From the IMG/VR virus record IMGVR_UViG_3300032087_004763, positions 1 through 64,000 of that record: a stretch of DNA of 64,000 bases, one strand, 5' to 3'. The DNA comes from a virus. This document shows positions 1-9,863 of this stretch, one piece after another (position 1 is the stretch's first letter; every line of letters begins with the position of its first letter). The notes under the pieces are model-generated. The model saw nothing but the letters and a program-made list of their open reading frames with translations, did not search any database and had not been told where the DNA came from. The position numbers and the translations under genes are program-made.

Positions 1-60
1 TACTCATCTGATGTTCAACAATCTCATCGGTATCGGTGTTTCGAAAAACATATGTTGGCA

Positions 61-270
61 TTACTCTTCAATCTCCCATCGCGATTGATATTCTAGTGCG
101 TGACGACACGCGTGGATGTAATCCTTATCCTCATCTGATAAGACGGACCAGAATTTAGTAATAGTATATATGTGTTCATCAACTTCAAACTGTCTCTCTA
201 AGTGTTTGTTGGACTCCATCATCTCTTGTAACTGGTCCATTCGCACTTTGATCTTGTCTCTGACTCCCAT
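61..270 (-). CDS. hypothetical protein
   Basis: 69-aa ORF with a GGAG upstream, co-oriented with and overlapping the denV-like gene. Confidence 0.6.
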   Translation of the reverse strand: MGVRDKIKVRMDQLQEMMESNKHLERQFEVDEHIYTITKFWSVLSDEDKDYIHACRHALEYQSRWEIEE

Positions 271-811
271 TAAACCACTCCGGAATTGGTCGTTTTGTCC
301 AGTTCATACTGAACCTTTCTTGCTTTGTTTGATAGAACATCCTGTAGGATTTGACTGGATCCTCGGGAAACATACATTCAGGATTCGACGTCATTGCCAA
401 ACGGAATGGTGTCATTGGTCCTTCTTTAATATTCCGTGGGAGTTCCATTAGGTATGGTATCAACTCGGATGATTTGTGTACCTTGCCGTACCGATAGGTA
501 TACTCATCACAGAGTGCAACAAAGTGAACAAGATGCCAACCATAGTTTGTAGTCGACTCCATTGTCCACTGTGTGCACGGGTGACCCACGTGCACGGCTG
601 CATACAGATTCTCTTCGCGATCGCCAGTCAGACGCCAATACTTAACGTTTGTCTTACCTGACTTTGACGGTCGACGAATCTCAATACCATCGAGAACACG
701 ATGTGCAGTCGATAACATTTGAGCAGACTCAACAACCATCTTGACAACATGTTTGTCACATTGCTGTCGTGCAGCCGTATCTGGGTTTTGATCTAATATA
801 AACAAATTCAT
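185..811 (-). CDS. pyrimidine-dimer DNA glycosylase / endonuclease V-like protein
   Basis: N-terminus MNLFILD..AARQQCDKHVVKMVVESAQMLSTAH and HPCTQW motif; early-type promoter at 820-847. Confidence 0.75.
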   Translation of the reverse strand: MNLFILDQNPDTAARQQCDKHVVKMVVESAQMLSTAHRVLDGIEIRRPSKSGKTNVKYWRLTGDREENLYAAVHVGHPCTQWTMESTTNYGWHLVHFVALCDEYTYRYGKVHKSSELIPYLMELPRNIKEGPMTPFRLAMTSNPECMFPEDPVKSYRMFYQTKQERFSMNWTKRPIPEWFNGSQRQDQSANGPVTRDDGVQQTLRETV

Positions 812-832
812 AATATAATATTATACCACATT

Positions 833-1246
833 TTAAGAACTAAGTAAACCAGGAAATGCCTCATTGACTAAAGCTTTTGTGAGGGGCTTAATCGTTTCTT
901 TGTTTATCATTGCTACAACGAGCTCTGCGTCACCTGGGTGAATGCCCTCGAGGATGCCGATAAAGATACTTTCTCTTTTATAAGCTGGCAATCTATCGCC
1001 CTCACCACCTTTAAACAGATATCTAAACTTGCGGTTCTCGCGAAGAATAGATGCGGCAGTAGATTCTGGCCGTGATGCAGTATATGGAGGTGATCCTGCA
1101 GGTAAATTCCATTTGACAATCGGATCCATAGATCCTTTAATAATATCTTTAAGAGCCCAAGATTCGTTGTCTTTTAAGATTTTAATCTTGTCTGCTTTCT
1201 TCTTTGTTTCTCTTAGTTTTTCAATCACTTCATGTGGTAGTAGCAT
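833..1246 (-). CDS. conserved T4-like hypothetical protein downstream of rnh
   Basis: Likely start at 1246 (TAATG overlap with the rnh stop); WNLPAGSPPY and KRESIFIGILEGIHPGDAELV. Confidence 0.7.
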   Translation of the reverse strand: MLLPHEVIEKLRETKKKADKIKILKDNESWALKDIIKGSMDPIVKWNLPAGSPPYTASRPESTAASILRENRKFRYLFKGGEGDRLPAYKRESIFIGILEGIHPGDAELVVAMINKETIKPLTKALVNEAFPGLLSS

Positions 1247-2088
1247 TAGATAAACTCCTCTATGCATTCAATCAACATTTTGCACTGTTTATTTATTAGA
1301 TACGGAAGTACCTTACCTTTGTTGTGCCACGGATCTTGTTCACCATAGCTTTCTAAGATCTGATCCTTCAGGTGTTGTGGTGTACGTGTAAGATCGATCA
1401 ACATTTGATTACGCTGATAGTTCCTATACCATGGCTTCGAAGTATCGGCCGTTTCCACAGCATTAAGTATTTCGACCAGCTTCTTTTGAGTAACAGGAGT
1501 CTGACGTAGACCCTCGACAAATACGTTATCATCAGATAGTATATTAGGAACACCATCACCTGTATCACCTTTTACAATTTTTTCTACGAGCTTGAGTCGA
1601 GGGTGATCCTCTACCACAAACTTTTTAAGAAGCGGAGAGAACTGTTTGACGTTATCATATTGCTGTAACTGTTTGAAGTCACCATCAGCTGATATAATCA
1701 TGACACCTTCGTGCAAACCAAACTCTTGTGTCTGCTCTACAAGAGTACCGATTACATCATCAGCCTCACAACCTTCAATATGAACCACCTTATAAGGAAA
1801 GTTCTCTTTGATCTCCTCACGGACTTTATTAATAATCTCGAATGCCTTTGGCCAGTCGAATGTAGACTCTTCACGATTCTTGCGACGGTTTGCTTTGTAT
1901 TGTGGAAATGCACCACGACGCCAGTTGTTTGCACCATCTGCAGCAATAACAACCTCACCATAGTCATTGAACTTTGACTTATACATACGTATGGTATTGA
2001 GGATCATATGACGAATGAGATCTTCACTCAATGTCTTTTCGATAGCGACAGCGCTGACTGCAATACCATTATAGTCGATAATTAACAT
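1246..2088 (-). CDS. rnh: RNase H / 5'-3' flap exonuclease (T4 rnh)
   Basis: LIIDYNG, WRRGAFPQYKANR, EADDVIG, SADGDFKQL, GDTGDGVPN; start moved to the ATG at 2088 after GGAG. Confidence 0.93.
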   Translation of the reverse strand: MLIIDYNGIAVSAVAIEKTLSEDLIRHMILNTIRMYKSKFNDYGEVVIAADGANNWRRGAFPQYKANRRKNREESTFDWPKAFEIINKVREEIKENFPYKVVHIEGCEADDVIGTLVEQTQEFGLHEGVMIISADGDFKQLQQYDNVKQFSPLLKKFVVEDHPRLKLVEKIVKGDTGDGVPNILSDDNVFVEGLRQTPVTQKKLVEILNAVETADTSKPWYRNYQRNQMLIDLTRTPQHLKDQILESYGEQDPWHNKGKVLPYLINKQCKMLIECIEEFI

Positions 2089-2150
2089 GGGTACTCCATC
2101 TTCCCGGTGAATAACTCTACCATTATACACCGGTTTTCTGAATATGTACA

Positions 2151-2552
2151 CTACTTTTTTAGGTGTGACGCATGAATCTTACAACCAATGAATGCATTGT
2201 AATATTCGTCTGAGAGAAGAACATCATTCTCGAATTGAAGTTTTGCTTCATAGTAAGAGCATTCGCCCTTGGTCTTACAAAGCTTTAGGATTTCTCTTTT
2301 GTAATTGTCGTGCCCTTTGGACTCAACAAGTCTTTGGACTTCAACGTTCGAACCAAAGTAATCACGCCAATCGGACTCAATGCGAGTGCGGACTCGGCGT
2401 TTACGAGTTTTTGTAACCGGTAGTACTTTGGGACGCCAGAAGAATTTTTTACCGATGTATTTCTTGCCGGTATCGATTTCCGTGATTTGATACACGAAAC
2501 CTTGGTATTCGTCTGGCGTCTCCGTGAACGGTTTGTCCTCATATATCCACAT
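2151..2552 (-). CDS. GIY-YIG domain protein
   Basis: GFVYQITEIDTGKKYIGKK ... ESDWRDYFGS ... YYN; likely start MWIYED at 2552. Confidence 0.8.
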   Translation of the reverse strand: MWIYEDKPFTETPDEYQGFVYQITEIDTGKKYIGKKFFWRPKVLPVTKTRKRRVRTRIESDWRDYFGSNVEVQRLVESKGHDNYKREILKLCKTKGECSYYEAKLQFENDVLLSDEYYNAFIGCKIHASHLKK

Positions 2553-2556
2553 GCAT

Positions 2557-2697
2557 TTATATATCATCCCCTTCGGATAGATCCTCCGGTTCAATGCGAC
2601 GGCCACAAGCGGGGCAAAACTCGATGTCAGCATGTTCCTCAGTGACAACATGCGTCTCAGTATCGCAGTATTCACACATGATCCTGTATTGTTTCAT
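2557..2697 (-). CDS. 46-aa zinc-ribbon protein (not in the ORF track)
   Basis: MKQYRIMCEYCDTETHVVTEEHADIEFCPACGRRIEPEDLSEGDDI*; two CxxC; ATGA overlap with the nrdB stop. Confidence 0.75.
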   Translation of the reverse strand: MKQYRIMCEYCDTETHVVTEEHADIEFCPACGRRIEPEDLSEGDDI

Positions 2698-3653
2698 GCA
2701 ACTTTTTCCCAGCCCCACTCGCCTTCCATACCGACGACAGAATATTCAGTAACACGCTTCTCAAAGAAGTTATCATGTGACGCACCGTTCAATACCCAAT
2801 CAAGCCATGGAAGTGGGTTGTCTTTTGCTTTGAATTTTGGTTTAAGACCAAGTTGTAGTAGACGACGGTCTGCAATGTGACGAATGTACTGCTTAACATC
2901 GTCTTTTGTCAGACCTTGAATCTCGTGGCCGTTGTAAGCCAAGTCAATGAATCGATCCTCAAGCTTGACACCCTCGAGTGCCATCGTGTAGATCTTTGAC
3001 TTGAGCTCATCATTGACAATCCGTGGATGCTCGTCACAGAACTCACGGAATAGTTTTGCATTGCCTTGTACATGCATTGTCTCATCACGAATAGACCACT
3101 CAACAATAGTACCCATACCCTTCATCTTACCGAAGCGTTGGAAGTTTAGCAGCATAACGAATGATGCGAAGAGCGACATTCCTTCATTGAACACCGATTG
3201 GGCCAAAGCGAGGGCGAGACCGGTATGGGAACTAGTATCACCATGAGACATGAAATCAATCTTATCAGCCATTGCCTTATACTCAAGAAATGCATGGTAT
3301 TCCTCATCTGGTAATCCGAGTGTATCATTTAGTAGTGCGTATGCTCTCTGGTGCACGCCCTCACGGGTGGCAAAAGATGACAACATATTTCTAATCTCAT
3401 TGTTCTTGAACTTCGGAATCAAAAACTCGTGATAGTTCTCACCGACCTGTACATCAGATTGAGTAAACAATCTCAAGACCTGGGTGATAAACTCTTTCTC
3501 GGACTCGGATAGCTTTGTTCTCCAGTCCTGTACGTCTTCTGATAGTTCTGCTTCATCTTCGATCCAATGAATCTCTTCGTGCTTCTTCGTCATCTCGACG
3601 GCCCACGGATAGATGAATGGTTTGTATGTCTTAGAAATATTAAGTAATGACAT
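2694..3653 (-). CDS. nrdB: class I ribonucleotide reductase beta subunit
   Basis: FTQSDVQV, REGVHQRAY (radical Tyr), NEGMSLFASF, RDETMH, NFFEKRVTEY. Confidence 0.96.
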   Translation of the reverse strand: MSLLNISKTYKPFIYPWAVEMTKKHEEIHWIEDEAELSEDVQDWRTKLSESEKEFITQVLRLFTQSDVQVGENYHEFLIPKFKNNEIRNMLSSFATREGVHQRAYALLNDTLGLPDEEYHAFLEYKAMADKIDFMSHGDTSSHTGLALALAQSVFNEGMSLFASFVMLLNFQRFGKMKGMGTIVEWSIRDETMHVQGNAKLFREFCDEHPRIVNDELKSKIYTMALEGVKLEDRFIDLAYNGHEIQGLTKDDVKQYIRHIADRRLLQLGLKPKFKAKDNPLPWLDWVLNGASHDNFFEKRVTEYSVVGMEGEWGWEKVA

Positions 3654-4296
3654 CTTTGTCCTCTCTGGTTTTCCAAAAATATTCGTCGGTATCTCCTAAT
3701 CGATAGGAGTACCCATTTTCAACTTGATAAAAGTCTGTGGATACTTTAAAGTCTGGCATCAGAGGTTCTTTCGGTGTTAGGCTATTATCGTACACACGCA
3801 TTCTATTATTAGGATACGCTGCATACTGACCGTTCTCTAATTCCAGTATGTTAAAGCTCTTATGTTCTTCTGGTATTTCTGATGTTGAATAGTCTATCTC
3901 ATCAGCTGCCGGATGATAGTTATCCAGAGTGAATAAGTATGTCGCTTTCAATATTTGGTGATCTCTTGTGAAGATCTCGAAATCCATCGATCCGATGAAT
4001 TGTTTATATATAGCAGTTACACCATAATCCATGCAATTCCAAAACTGCAAGTTATGTAATTCTAAGTCTGGTGTTGGTGTTTCTGGGTCAGTCACAAAAG
4101 CACTGATCGGTAACTTATCGTACAGTGCTCCATATTCTGGTAAGTATGTTTCAAAATAGAATGCCCTTCCTGGCATCGACTTTGCTGTTACCCAATGTCC
4201 TTCTACAAACTCACCATGACCCGACTGGTGATCCATCAAATATTCTTTTCTTACCCACACCTTGACGTTGGGTAGATTGCATAACAAATCTGACAT
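3640..4296 (-). CDS. conserved phage hypothetical protein between nrdA and nrdB
   Basis: 218-aa ORF coupled to both neighbours; no nuclease motif. Confidence 0.75.
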   Translation of the reverse strand: MSDLLCNLPNVKVWVRKEYLMDHQSGHGEFVEGHWVTAKSMPGRAFYFETYLPEYGALYDKLPISAFVTDPETPTPDLELHNLQFWNCMDYGVTAIYKQFIGSMDFEIFTRDHQILKATYLFTLDNYHPAADEIDYSTSEIPEEHKSFNILELENGQYAAYPNNRMRVYDNSLTPKEPLMPDFKVSTDFYQVENGYSYRLGDTDEYFWKTREDKDVIT

Positions 4297-6302
4297 TATC
4301 CCTCACAAGCTCTACATTCATCTGTTTCAATAGGTGGCAATCCACATGTGACGCCTTCATTTGCAGTATTCAAATACTCCATCAGTTCATCGTATCCACC
4401 GACGTACTGACCTTCAATATATATTTGTGGAACTGTCTTGACCTTTCGGCCAGTTACTTCTGCGGCAGTCTTGCCGATCTCTTCAAGAGAGACGTACTCA
4501 TAATGTATACCACGGATATCTAGCTCATCTTTTGCTGCAGCACAGAAAGGACAATCTTTCTTTCCGTAAACAAGAGTTCGCATATCATCCTGTAGTGCTA
4601 CTCTTTCAACCTTTTCTGATACATTCTCTGCTCGAGACTTCGCTTCCGTTCTGAGATAATAAAGTCCTTTAAGTTTTTCTTTCCATGCTTTGAGATGGAC
4701 TTGATTAACATAAGCTTTCTCAGCGCCGGCTGGGAAGAATAGATTGACGGACTGGCCCTGACAAATATACTTCTGCCTGTCAGCTGCATGCTGGACCACC
4801 CAGCTTTGATCCAACTCCTGGGCCGTCTTGAAGATCGCCTTCTCACCCTCAGTAAGTTCTGGTAGATGTTGGACCGAACCTTTGTTAGTAATGATTGATG
4901 TCCAGGTAGTTTCATTATTTATACCGTGAGCTTCAAGCACCGGCTCCAAATATTTATTTTTTACAAGATGCGACCCCGCACGAGTGCGATGTGTGTAGGC
5001 ATTAGCTTTGAGAGGTTCGATTGATGGTGAAGTTCCAACGATGAGACCGGAGGATGCATTAGGAGCGATAGCCAATAGGTGAGCGAAACGTAAGCCGGTA
5101 CCAAGTCCATCTGGATATTCTCCTCTTTCTAGCGCTAGTCGTTCAGACTGCGCAACTGCTTTAGTCTTAATTGTATTAAATACGACTTTATTGATCTCTT
5201 GAGCCTTCTCAGATTCCCACGCCACACCGTGTTTGTGGAGTAGTGAGTGGAAGCCCATTGCTCCCAGACCAATCGATCTCTCTCTTTGTGCAGAATAGCG
5301 AGCTCGCTCAATTTCATCTGGTGCATTTTCAATAAAATATTCAAGTACGTTGTCCAGCATCGTGACGAGATCTTCAATAATTGTGGTATTCTTCCACTCA
5401 TCGTAGAACTCAAGATTGAGAGATGATAGGCAACATACTGCTGTACGATCAGCAGAGGTAGGTAGATGTATCTCGTTACATAGATTTGAGCCATGAATCT
5501 TTAACCCCGCATCTTTTAGCGATTGAGGCATCTTTCGATTCGCCTCGTCGATAAAATTCAAATAAGGTTCGCCTGTGCGGAATCGAACCTCTATGATCCT
5601 TTCCCAAAGTTTACGAGCACTTACTGTCTCTGCAACTTCACCTTTACCAGGATCAATCAGATCCCAGTCTTTATTATCTATCACTGCTTGCATGAACGCA
5701 TCAGTAATATTGATTGCATTGTGTAGATTTAGTGCTTTACGTTGTACATCACCAGTCGGAATCCTCATATTAAGGAACTCTACGATATCTGGATGCGATA
5801 TATCCATGTATGCAGCATACGAACCCTTTCTTGTCTTACCCTGACGATAGGCAATCATGTCTGCATCAACCGTATGCAAGAAAGGAATCGGTCCTGGTGC
5901 TTTATCTGATACAGTTCTTACGTCAGACCAATGGCCGCCGACGCCACCACCCAGGACTGATAACCACCGAAGCTCAGAACTATGACTAATAAGGCCATCA
6001 AGAGTATCAGGCACATAAGTGAGAAAACACGAAATGGGTAGTCCCTTATCTGATGCAACACCGTTTGGAGCATTAGACAAAACAGGGCTAGCAAACATAA
6101 ACCACTTGTTACTAACATAATCATAAAGGCGTTTAGCAAGATCTCCATCCATCTCTCCTTTATAAGTTGACCATGCTTTGGCTGCACGAGCGTAAGCTTC
6201 TTGTGGTGAAGTTTCATGTCCGCGCATATAAAAGTCTTTGAGCATACCTATCGCATAGCTAGTCAATAGGTCATCTCTGTTCTTATCAATTTTTATTGAC
6301 AT
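4296..6302 (-). CDS. nrdA: class I ribonucleotide reductase alpha subunit with fused glutaredoxin domain
   Basis: SPVLSN, LPISCF, GSNLCNEI, AIAPNASS, LYYLR; Grx CPFC/TVPQI/GGYDEL; C-terminal ECRACEG. Confidence 0.96.
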   Translation of the reverse strand: MSIKIDKNRDDLLTSYAIGMLKDFYMRGHETSPQEAYARAAKAWSTYKGEMDGDLAKRLYDYVSNKWFMFASPVLSNAPNGVASDKGLPISCFLTYVPDTLDGLISHSSELRWLSVLGGGVGGHWSDVRTVSDKAPGPIPFLHTVDADMIAYRQGKTRKGSYAAYMDISHPDIVEFLNMRIPTGDVQRKALNLHNAINITDAFMQAVIDNKDWDLIDPGKGEVAETVSARKLWERIIEVRFRTGEPYLNFIDEANRKMPQSLKDAGLKIHGSNLCNEIHLPTSADRTAVCCLSSLNLEFYDEWKNTTIIEDLVTMLDNVLEYFIENAPDEIERARYSAQRERSIGLGAMGFHSLLHKHGVAWESEKAQEINKVVFNTIKTKAVAQSERLALERGEYPDGLGTGLRFAHLLAIAPNASSGLIVGTSPSIEPLKANAYTHRTRAGSHLVKNKYLEPVLEAHGINNETTWTSIITNKGSVQHLPELTEGEKAIFKTAQELDQSWVVQHAADRQKYICQGQSVNLFFPAGAEKAYVNQVHLKAWKEKLKGLYYLRTEAKSRAENVSEKVERVALQDDMRTLVYGKKDCPFCAAAKDELDIRGIHYEYVSLEEIGKTAAEVTGRKVKTVPQIYIEGQYVGGYDELMEYLNTANEGVTCGLPPIETDECRACEG

Positions 6303-6353
6303 ACAATTGTGCCTGAGTTAAAATTTTTTAAAGGTCTATTATATATCAGTACG

Positions 6354-6770
6354 CTATTCTTGTACACTACTTTCTGTAGGTATTTTATCTTGAGGCGCAA
6401 CGGCCTTCTCGTAATATATTATGATTTCTTTTTGCTGGTTTATGTAGCGTCTAATATCAGCGATGTTTAATGCGAGGTTTTCATAGTCTCGCATACTTAA
6501 GACAACAATAGCGACTTCGCCGTATTGTTCCTTAAATTCTTTGATGAATTGTTCGAGGTTCTGTTCATTGATGACACGCACACGGGTGTCAGACAGTTGA
6601 ACTGGCTTTGGTCTTGACATGATAGGAACTTCGGTCTTCTCAACCTTAGTTACTACTTTGATCTCCGGCTCCGGCCTCGGGATCAGGCTGCAACCAGTTA
6701 GGTAGAGGAGCATCCCCGCTACCACCAGTATCTTCCATGATTCCGCGCCAAAGTTTTGCACTTGCGCCAT
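6354..6770 (-). CDS. lipoprotein, putative o-spanin (Rz1-like)
   Basis: Hydrophobic stretch, lipobox LTGC, Pro-rich segment; start embedded in the 3' end of the upstream coiled-coil gene. Confidence 0.7.
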   Translation of the reverse strand: MAQVQNFGAESWKILVVAGMLLYLTGCSLIPRPEPEIKVVTKVEKTEVPIMSRPKPVQLSDTRVRVINEQNLEQFIKEFKEQYGEVAIVVLSMRDYENLALNIADIRRYINQQKEIIIYYEKAVAPQDKIPTESSVQE

Positions 6771-7095
6771 TCATCTTACCTTCGAGTTGTTGAGCATCTC
6801 TTAATGCTTCTTGAACTAAATTGATTCTACTTAATTTACCACGAAGCTCGTCACCATAGGCCTCTGCCTTCTGTAACTGAACTTGTAATTCTTGATTGAG
6901 TGCAGCGAACTTCTGCATGTCTTGTTGGAGAGACTCAATCGAGGCTTCACTTGTCTCGAGAGCTGTTTCTAGTTTGGCATTGTTTTCTTGGAGGGTAGCA
7001 AGTCGCTCTTGTGTATCTTTATAGTACCACATTGCCCCGTAACCTACAGAGCCTAATACGGCCAAAATTATGATGAGAGCGTAAATTTTAATCAT
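6646..7095 (-). CDS. membrane-anchored coiled-coil protein, putative i-spanin (Rz-like)
   Basis: N-terminal TM helix followed by a long heptad-rich region; overlaps the lipoprotein gene. Confidence 0.7.
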   Translation of the reverse strand: MIKIYALIIILAVLGSVGYGAMWYYKDTQERLATLQENNAKLETALETSEASIESLQQDMQKFAALNQELQVQLQKAEAYGDELRGKLSRINLVQEALRDAQQLEGKMNGASAKLWRGIMEDTGGSGDAPLPNWLQPDPEAGAGDQSSN

Positions 7096-7376
7096 TCTGT
7101 ATCTACGATGTACTTTCTAAATCGTTTCAATAGGACAGGAATCTGATCTTTCTTTCTACGTCGATCAGTGACGTTGATAGTTCTGAGGCGTGGGCCCATT
7201 GCTGTTTGTGCTGGATTCGGAATGTTTGCAGTAGAGGTTCCAGGTACTTCTTCATTCTGAGCTGAACGAATGGCTGCAGGAGTCGGTGCACCCTTCTCCC
7301 CTTTCTTTCTCATTCTTTCACCACGACGTCTCTTTGCGTGGATGTTGGCCCATAGGCCTTGTGACTTCTCGTTCAT
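7092..7376 (-). CDS. basic hypothetical protein (late cluster)
   Basis: K/R-rich GLWANIHAKRRRGERMRKKGEKGAPT module. Confidence 0.7.
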   Translation of the reverse strand: MNEKSQGLWANIHAKRRRGERMRKKGEKGAPTPAAIRSAQNEEVPGTSTANIPNPAQTAMGPRLRTINVTDRRRKKDQIPVLLKRFRKYIVDTE

Positions 7377-7960
7377 TTGTAAATCTCGTTGACAGTGACA
7401 TAGACTTTCTGGCGAGTACGAATATGTTCAGCCTCGTATATATCTATACCGAAGACGTCTCCAACCGGATAACAATCGTCATGAATTCGCACTTGATCCT
7501 TTGTATTTACGATATCATCATATGTTCCATTTAGGACTTTATCTTCTGACAATCTGTATACGCCTGGTGATAACATACCGTCTTTTAATACAAACCACTC
7601 ACTTGATTCTAACATGATATCAAGTGGATCAATCCCGCACTCTTCTATAATTTTATTCAGTTGCTTATCGCTCAGATTATATTTTTCTTTGATTAGAAAG
7701 AGCGCTGCAGCAAAACTTCCAAGCTTAGTGGATCCACCTGGAATCTTGCCGAGCAGGCGTTTAATGTTAGCAGCGAGGCGAATAAAAGGAGTATAAGAGG
7801 ACTTTTTTTCATCATCATCTAACCTTACCGACTTATTTCTTTTACCATTTTCATCAATAACACCTGTTTTATACGCATCCCAGTCTTTCCAGTCCATGAC
7901 TAACATGCGTATAAACCTAAATGTATATGCTAAATCAGCAGCTCTTTTAACTATTCCCAT
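7373..7960 (-). CDS. conserved T4-like hypothetical protein
   Basis: 195-aa ORF; AYKTGVIDENGK ... SFAAALFLIKE. Confidence 0.75.
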   Translation of the reverse strand: MGIVKRAADLAYTFRFIRMLVMDWKDWDAYKTGVIDENGKRNKSVRLDDDEKKSSYTPFIRLAANIKRLLGKIPGGSTKLGSFAAALFLIKEKYNLSDKQLNKIIEECGIDPLDIMLESSEWFVLKDGMLSPGVYRLSEDKVLNGTYDDIVNTKDQVRIHDDCYPVGDVFGIDIYEAEHIRTRQKVYVTVNEIYK

Positions 7961-8327
7961 TTATCTTTCTCAATCTCTCTATAACCATTTTATCCATTTT
8001 TATTTCTACTAATTCATTATTATCGATATAATTTAAGAATATCAAAAACGGTTTAACGACTGGCCAGTGTCTTTCATCTAACTTTAGTTTGAGAATATTC
8101 AAACCAGCTTCAATACCAAATGAGTTAAACACCACGATTAAGTGATTCAGTATCAGTCTATCAGCTAGGTCGTTATGATCTAAGTATCGGTTAACAAGTC
8201 TTTTTATATACTTAAACCTTTTCAGATCTTCGTAGAAATCATCTACATCTGAAAAGGTTGGATTGTCATAATGTTTAGCCGCATACAGAAATAGATTTTC
8301 TTCAGTTAACTCATTTAAAACAAGCAT
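7947..8327 (-). CDS. conserved T4-like hypothetical protein
   Basis: YAAKHYDNP..FYEDLKRFKYIKRL..LILNHLIVVFNSFG. Confidence 0.75.
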   Translation of the reverse strand: MLVLNELTEENLFLYAAKHYDNPTFSDVDDFYEDLKRFKYIKRLVNRYLDHNDLADRLILNHLIVVFNSFGIEAGLNILKLKLDERHWPVVKPFLIFLNYIDNNELVEIKMDKMVIERLRKINGNS

Positions 8328-8363
8328 TATAATTCCATAAAAACGTTACTGAATTATATATGC

Positions 8364-8714
8364 TTATTTTGTGAAAAGACCCCACCGACCTTTTTTCTTT
8401 GGAGCTTCTTCGTGTGTATGCTCTTCTTCACCGCCATCATGATCGTGGACTGTACCATCGTCATGGTGGTGATGGTCCATGTCACCATCTTCGTGTGAAT
8501 GTTCCTCATCACCATGGGTGTGTACAAGAACATCTTCGAGCTCAACAACTTCTTCTACTGGCTCAAGAGCAGGAGCAACAGTTGGTTCTGCCGTTGCACC
8601 ATACCACTCATCAATCTGAGTCTGTGAGATCTTTGCAGCTTTAAGTAACTCACCACTTGTTTCGTGGCGCCATCCCTTTATAGTTGGGATAGCATTCTTT
8701 GGTCCTTTAATCAT
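8364..8714 (-). CDS. His/Asp/Glu-rich protein, putative metal binder
   Basis: VHTHGDEEHSHEDGDMDHHHHDDGTVHDHDGGEEEHTHEE; GGAG RBS. Confidence 0.75.
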   Translation of the reverse strand: MIKGPKNAIPTIKGWRHETSGELLKAAKISQTQIDEWYGATAEPTVAPALEPVEEVVELEDVLVHTHGDEEHSHEDGDMDHHHHDDGTVHDHDGGEEEHTHEEAPKKKGRWGLFTK

Positions 8715-8726
8715 ATTTGCTCTCCA

Positions 8727-9578
8727 CTATGAATTTTTCTTGGTTCCAGTATACCCATCTCTTACAGGTTTTTTGTCGTACATTGACTGGTATGCACTAG
8801 CAAGTGATCTTATAGTTTTTGAGAATGACTCCTTCATACCGGCTTTTTTAGTGATATCTTCCGGTGGATTAATAACCTTAGTATCACCTGGTGCATTTTT
8901 ATCAGTAGAATTCTTTGGTGATACCTTAGCTTTCTTCTCAGCCTTTGCATTATCATCAGTTGCCTTCTTAATGTCTGCTCCTACTTCTTTCGGAGTATTC
9001 AACATATCCATAGCACCTTTAGATGATTGTGACTTGTCATGCAAACCTTCAGGCTTAGTAGCACCTTTGACATGCTCACCTCTATTTTCAATTACGGAGA
9101 GCAACTTTTCTCTGATTGACATATCAGTAGACTCCTTTTTAATAACTTCTCTATCAACTGGGACCATGCGCACATGCGTTTTTCCATCTGATCCTACATA
9201 TTTTTCTGGCTTTTTATCAGCTGATCTTACATTTTCATTCTTTGGATTCATGACAGCTGTCTCACCATTCTCGCCCTGAGGATCGTCTTCACCTTTCTTT
9301 TTCTTCTTTGATTTTAAAATAACCTTATCATTATGCATCATTTCGTTTTCAACATCTTCTTTAACGTCGTCAGCAATAGCCGTAGCAGTATCCTTCTTCA
9401 TAGTGACAGGATATCTTTTACCGCCAAACATAAAGTGTGACTTACCATCTTTATGAGCTGCTGCTGCAGCGCCATGGAAAGCTGTACGCTCATTTGCTGG
9501 CACTTCTTCAGGAATGATGAACCTTCCTTCTTTGACCTCTTGGTAAGCGCGGGTCAACGCTTCTATTTCTTTCTTCAT
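8727..9578 (-). CDS. charged modular protein, putative internal head protein
   Basis: LTRAYQEVKE at the N-terminus and LASAYQSMYD near the C-terminus; K/E-rich. Confidence 0.7.
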   Translation of the reverse strand: MKKEIEALTRAYQEVKEGRFIIPEEVPANERTAFHGAAAAAHKDGKSHFMFGGKRYPVTMKKDTATAIADDVKEDVENEMMHNDKVILKSKKKKKGEDDPQGENGETAVMNPKNENVRSADKKPEKYVGSDGKTHVRMVPVDREVIKKESTDMSIREKLLSVIENRGEHVKGATKPEGLHDKSQSSKGAMDMLNTPKEVGADIKKATDDNAKAEKKAKVSPKNSTDKNAPGDTKVINPPEDITKKAGMKESFSKTIRSLASAYQSMYDKKPVRDGYTGTKKNS

Positions 9579-9862
9579 GAGAAGACTCCTAATTGTGTTA
9601 TTATTGACCCGACAACGGCCACCGTTACTACCCAGAATAATTTATTTATTACACAGATTGTTCTATGATTATCATTACATATTTTTTCAATGTCATCTAA
9701 TTTTTCAGAATGCTTATTCATTCGCTCATGCATTTTATTATGGTCATCCTGAAGATTCGCAATCTTTTCCTCAGCTCTTGCCATGGCAACCATAGCATCG
9801 GTTAACTTATCTAGTTTTTCTTCTATGCGATCTAATCGTGACGCGTTCGACTCGTTAGCCAT
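9575..9862 (-). CDS. coiled-coil protein with C-terminal TM helix
   Basis: RLDRIEEKLDKLTDA ... LFWVVTVAVVGSII. Confidence 0.7.
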   Translation of the reverse strand: MANESNASRLDRIEEKLDKLTDAMVAMARAEEKIANLQDDHNKMHERMNKHSEKLDDIEKICNDNHRTICVINKLFWVVTVAVVGSIITQLGVFS

Positions 9863-9863
9863 T

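Noticed and set aside
3640-4296. Possible homing endonuclease or intron ORF between nrdA and nrdB
   Set aside because: No HNH, GIY-YIG or LAGLIDADG motif; both nrd genes are complete and composition matches the neighbours
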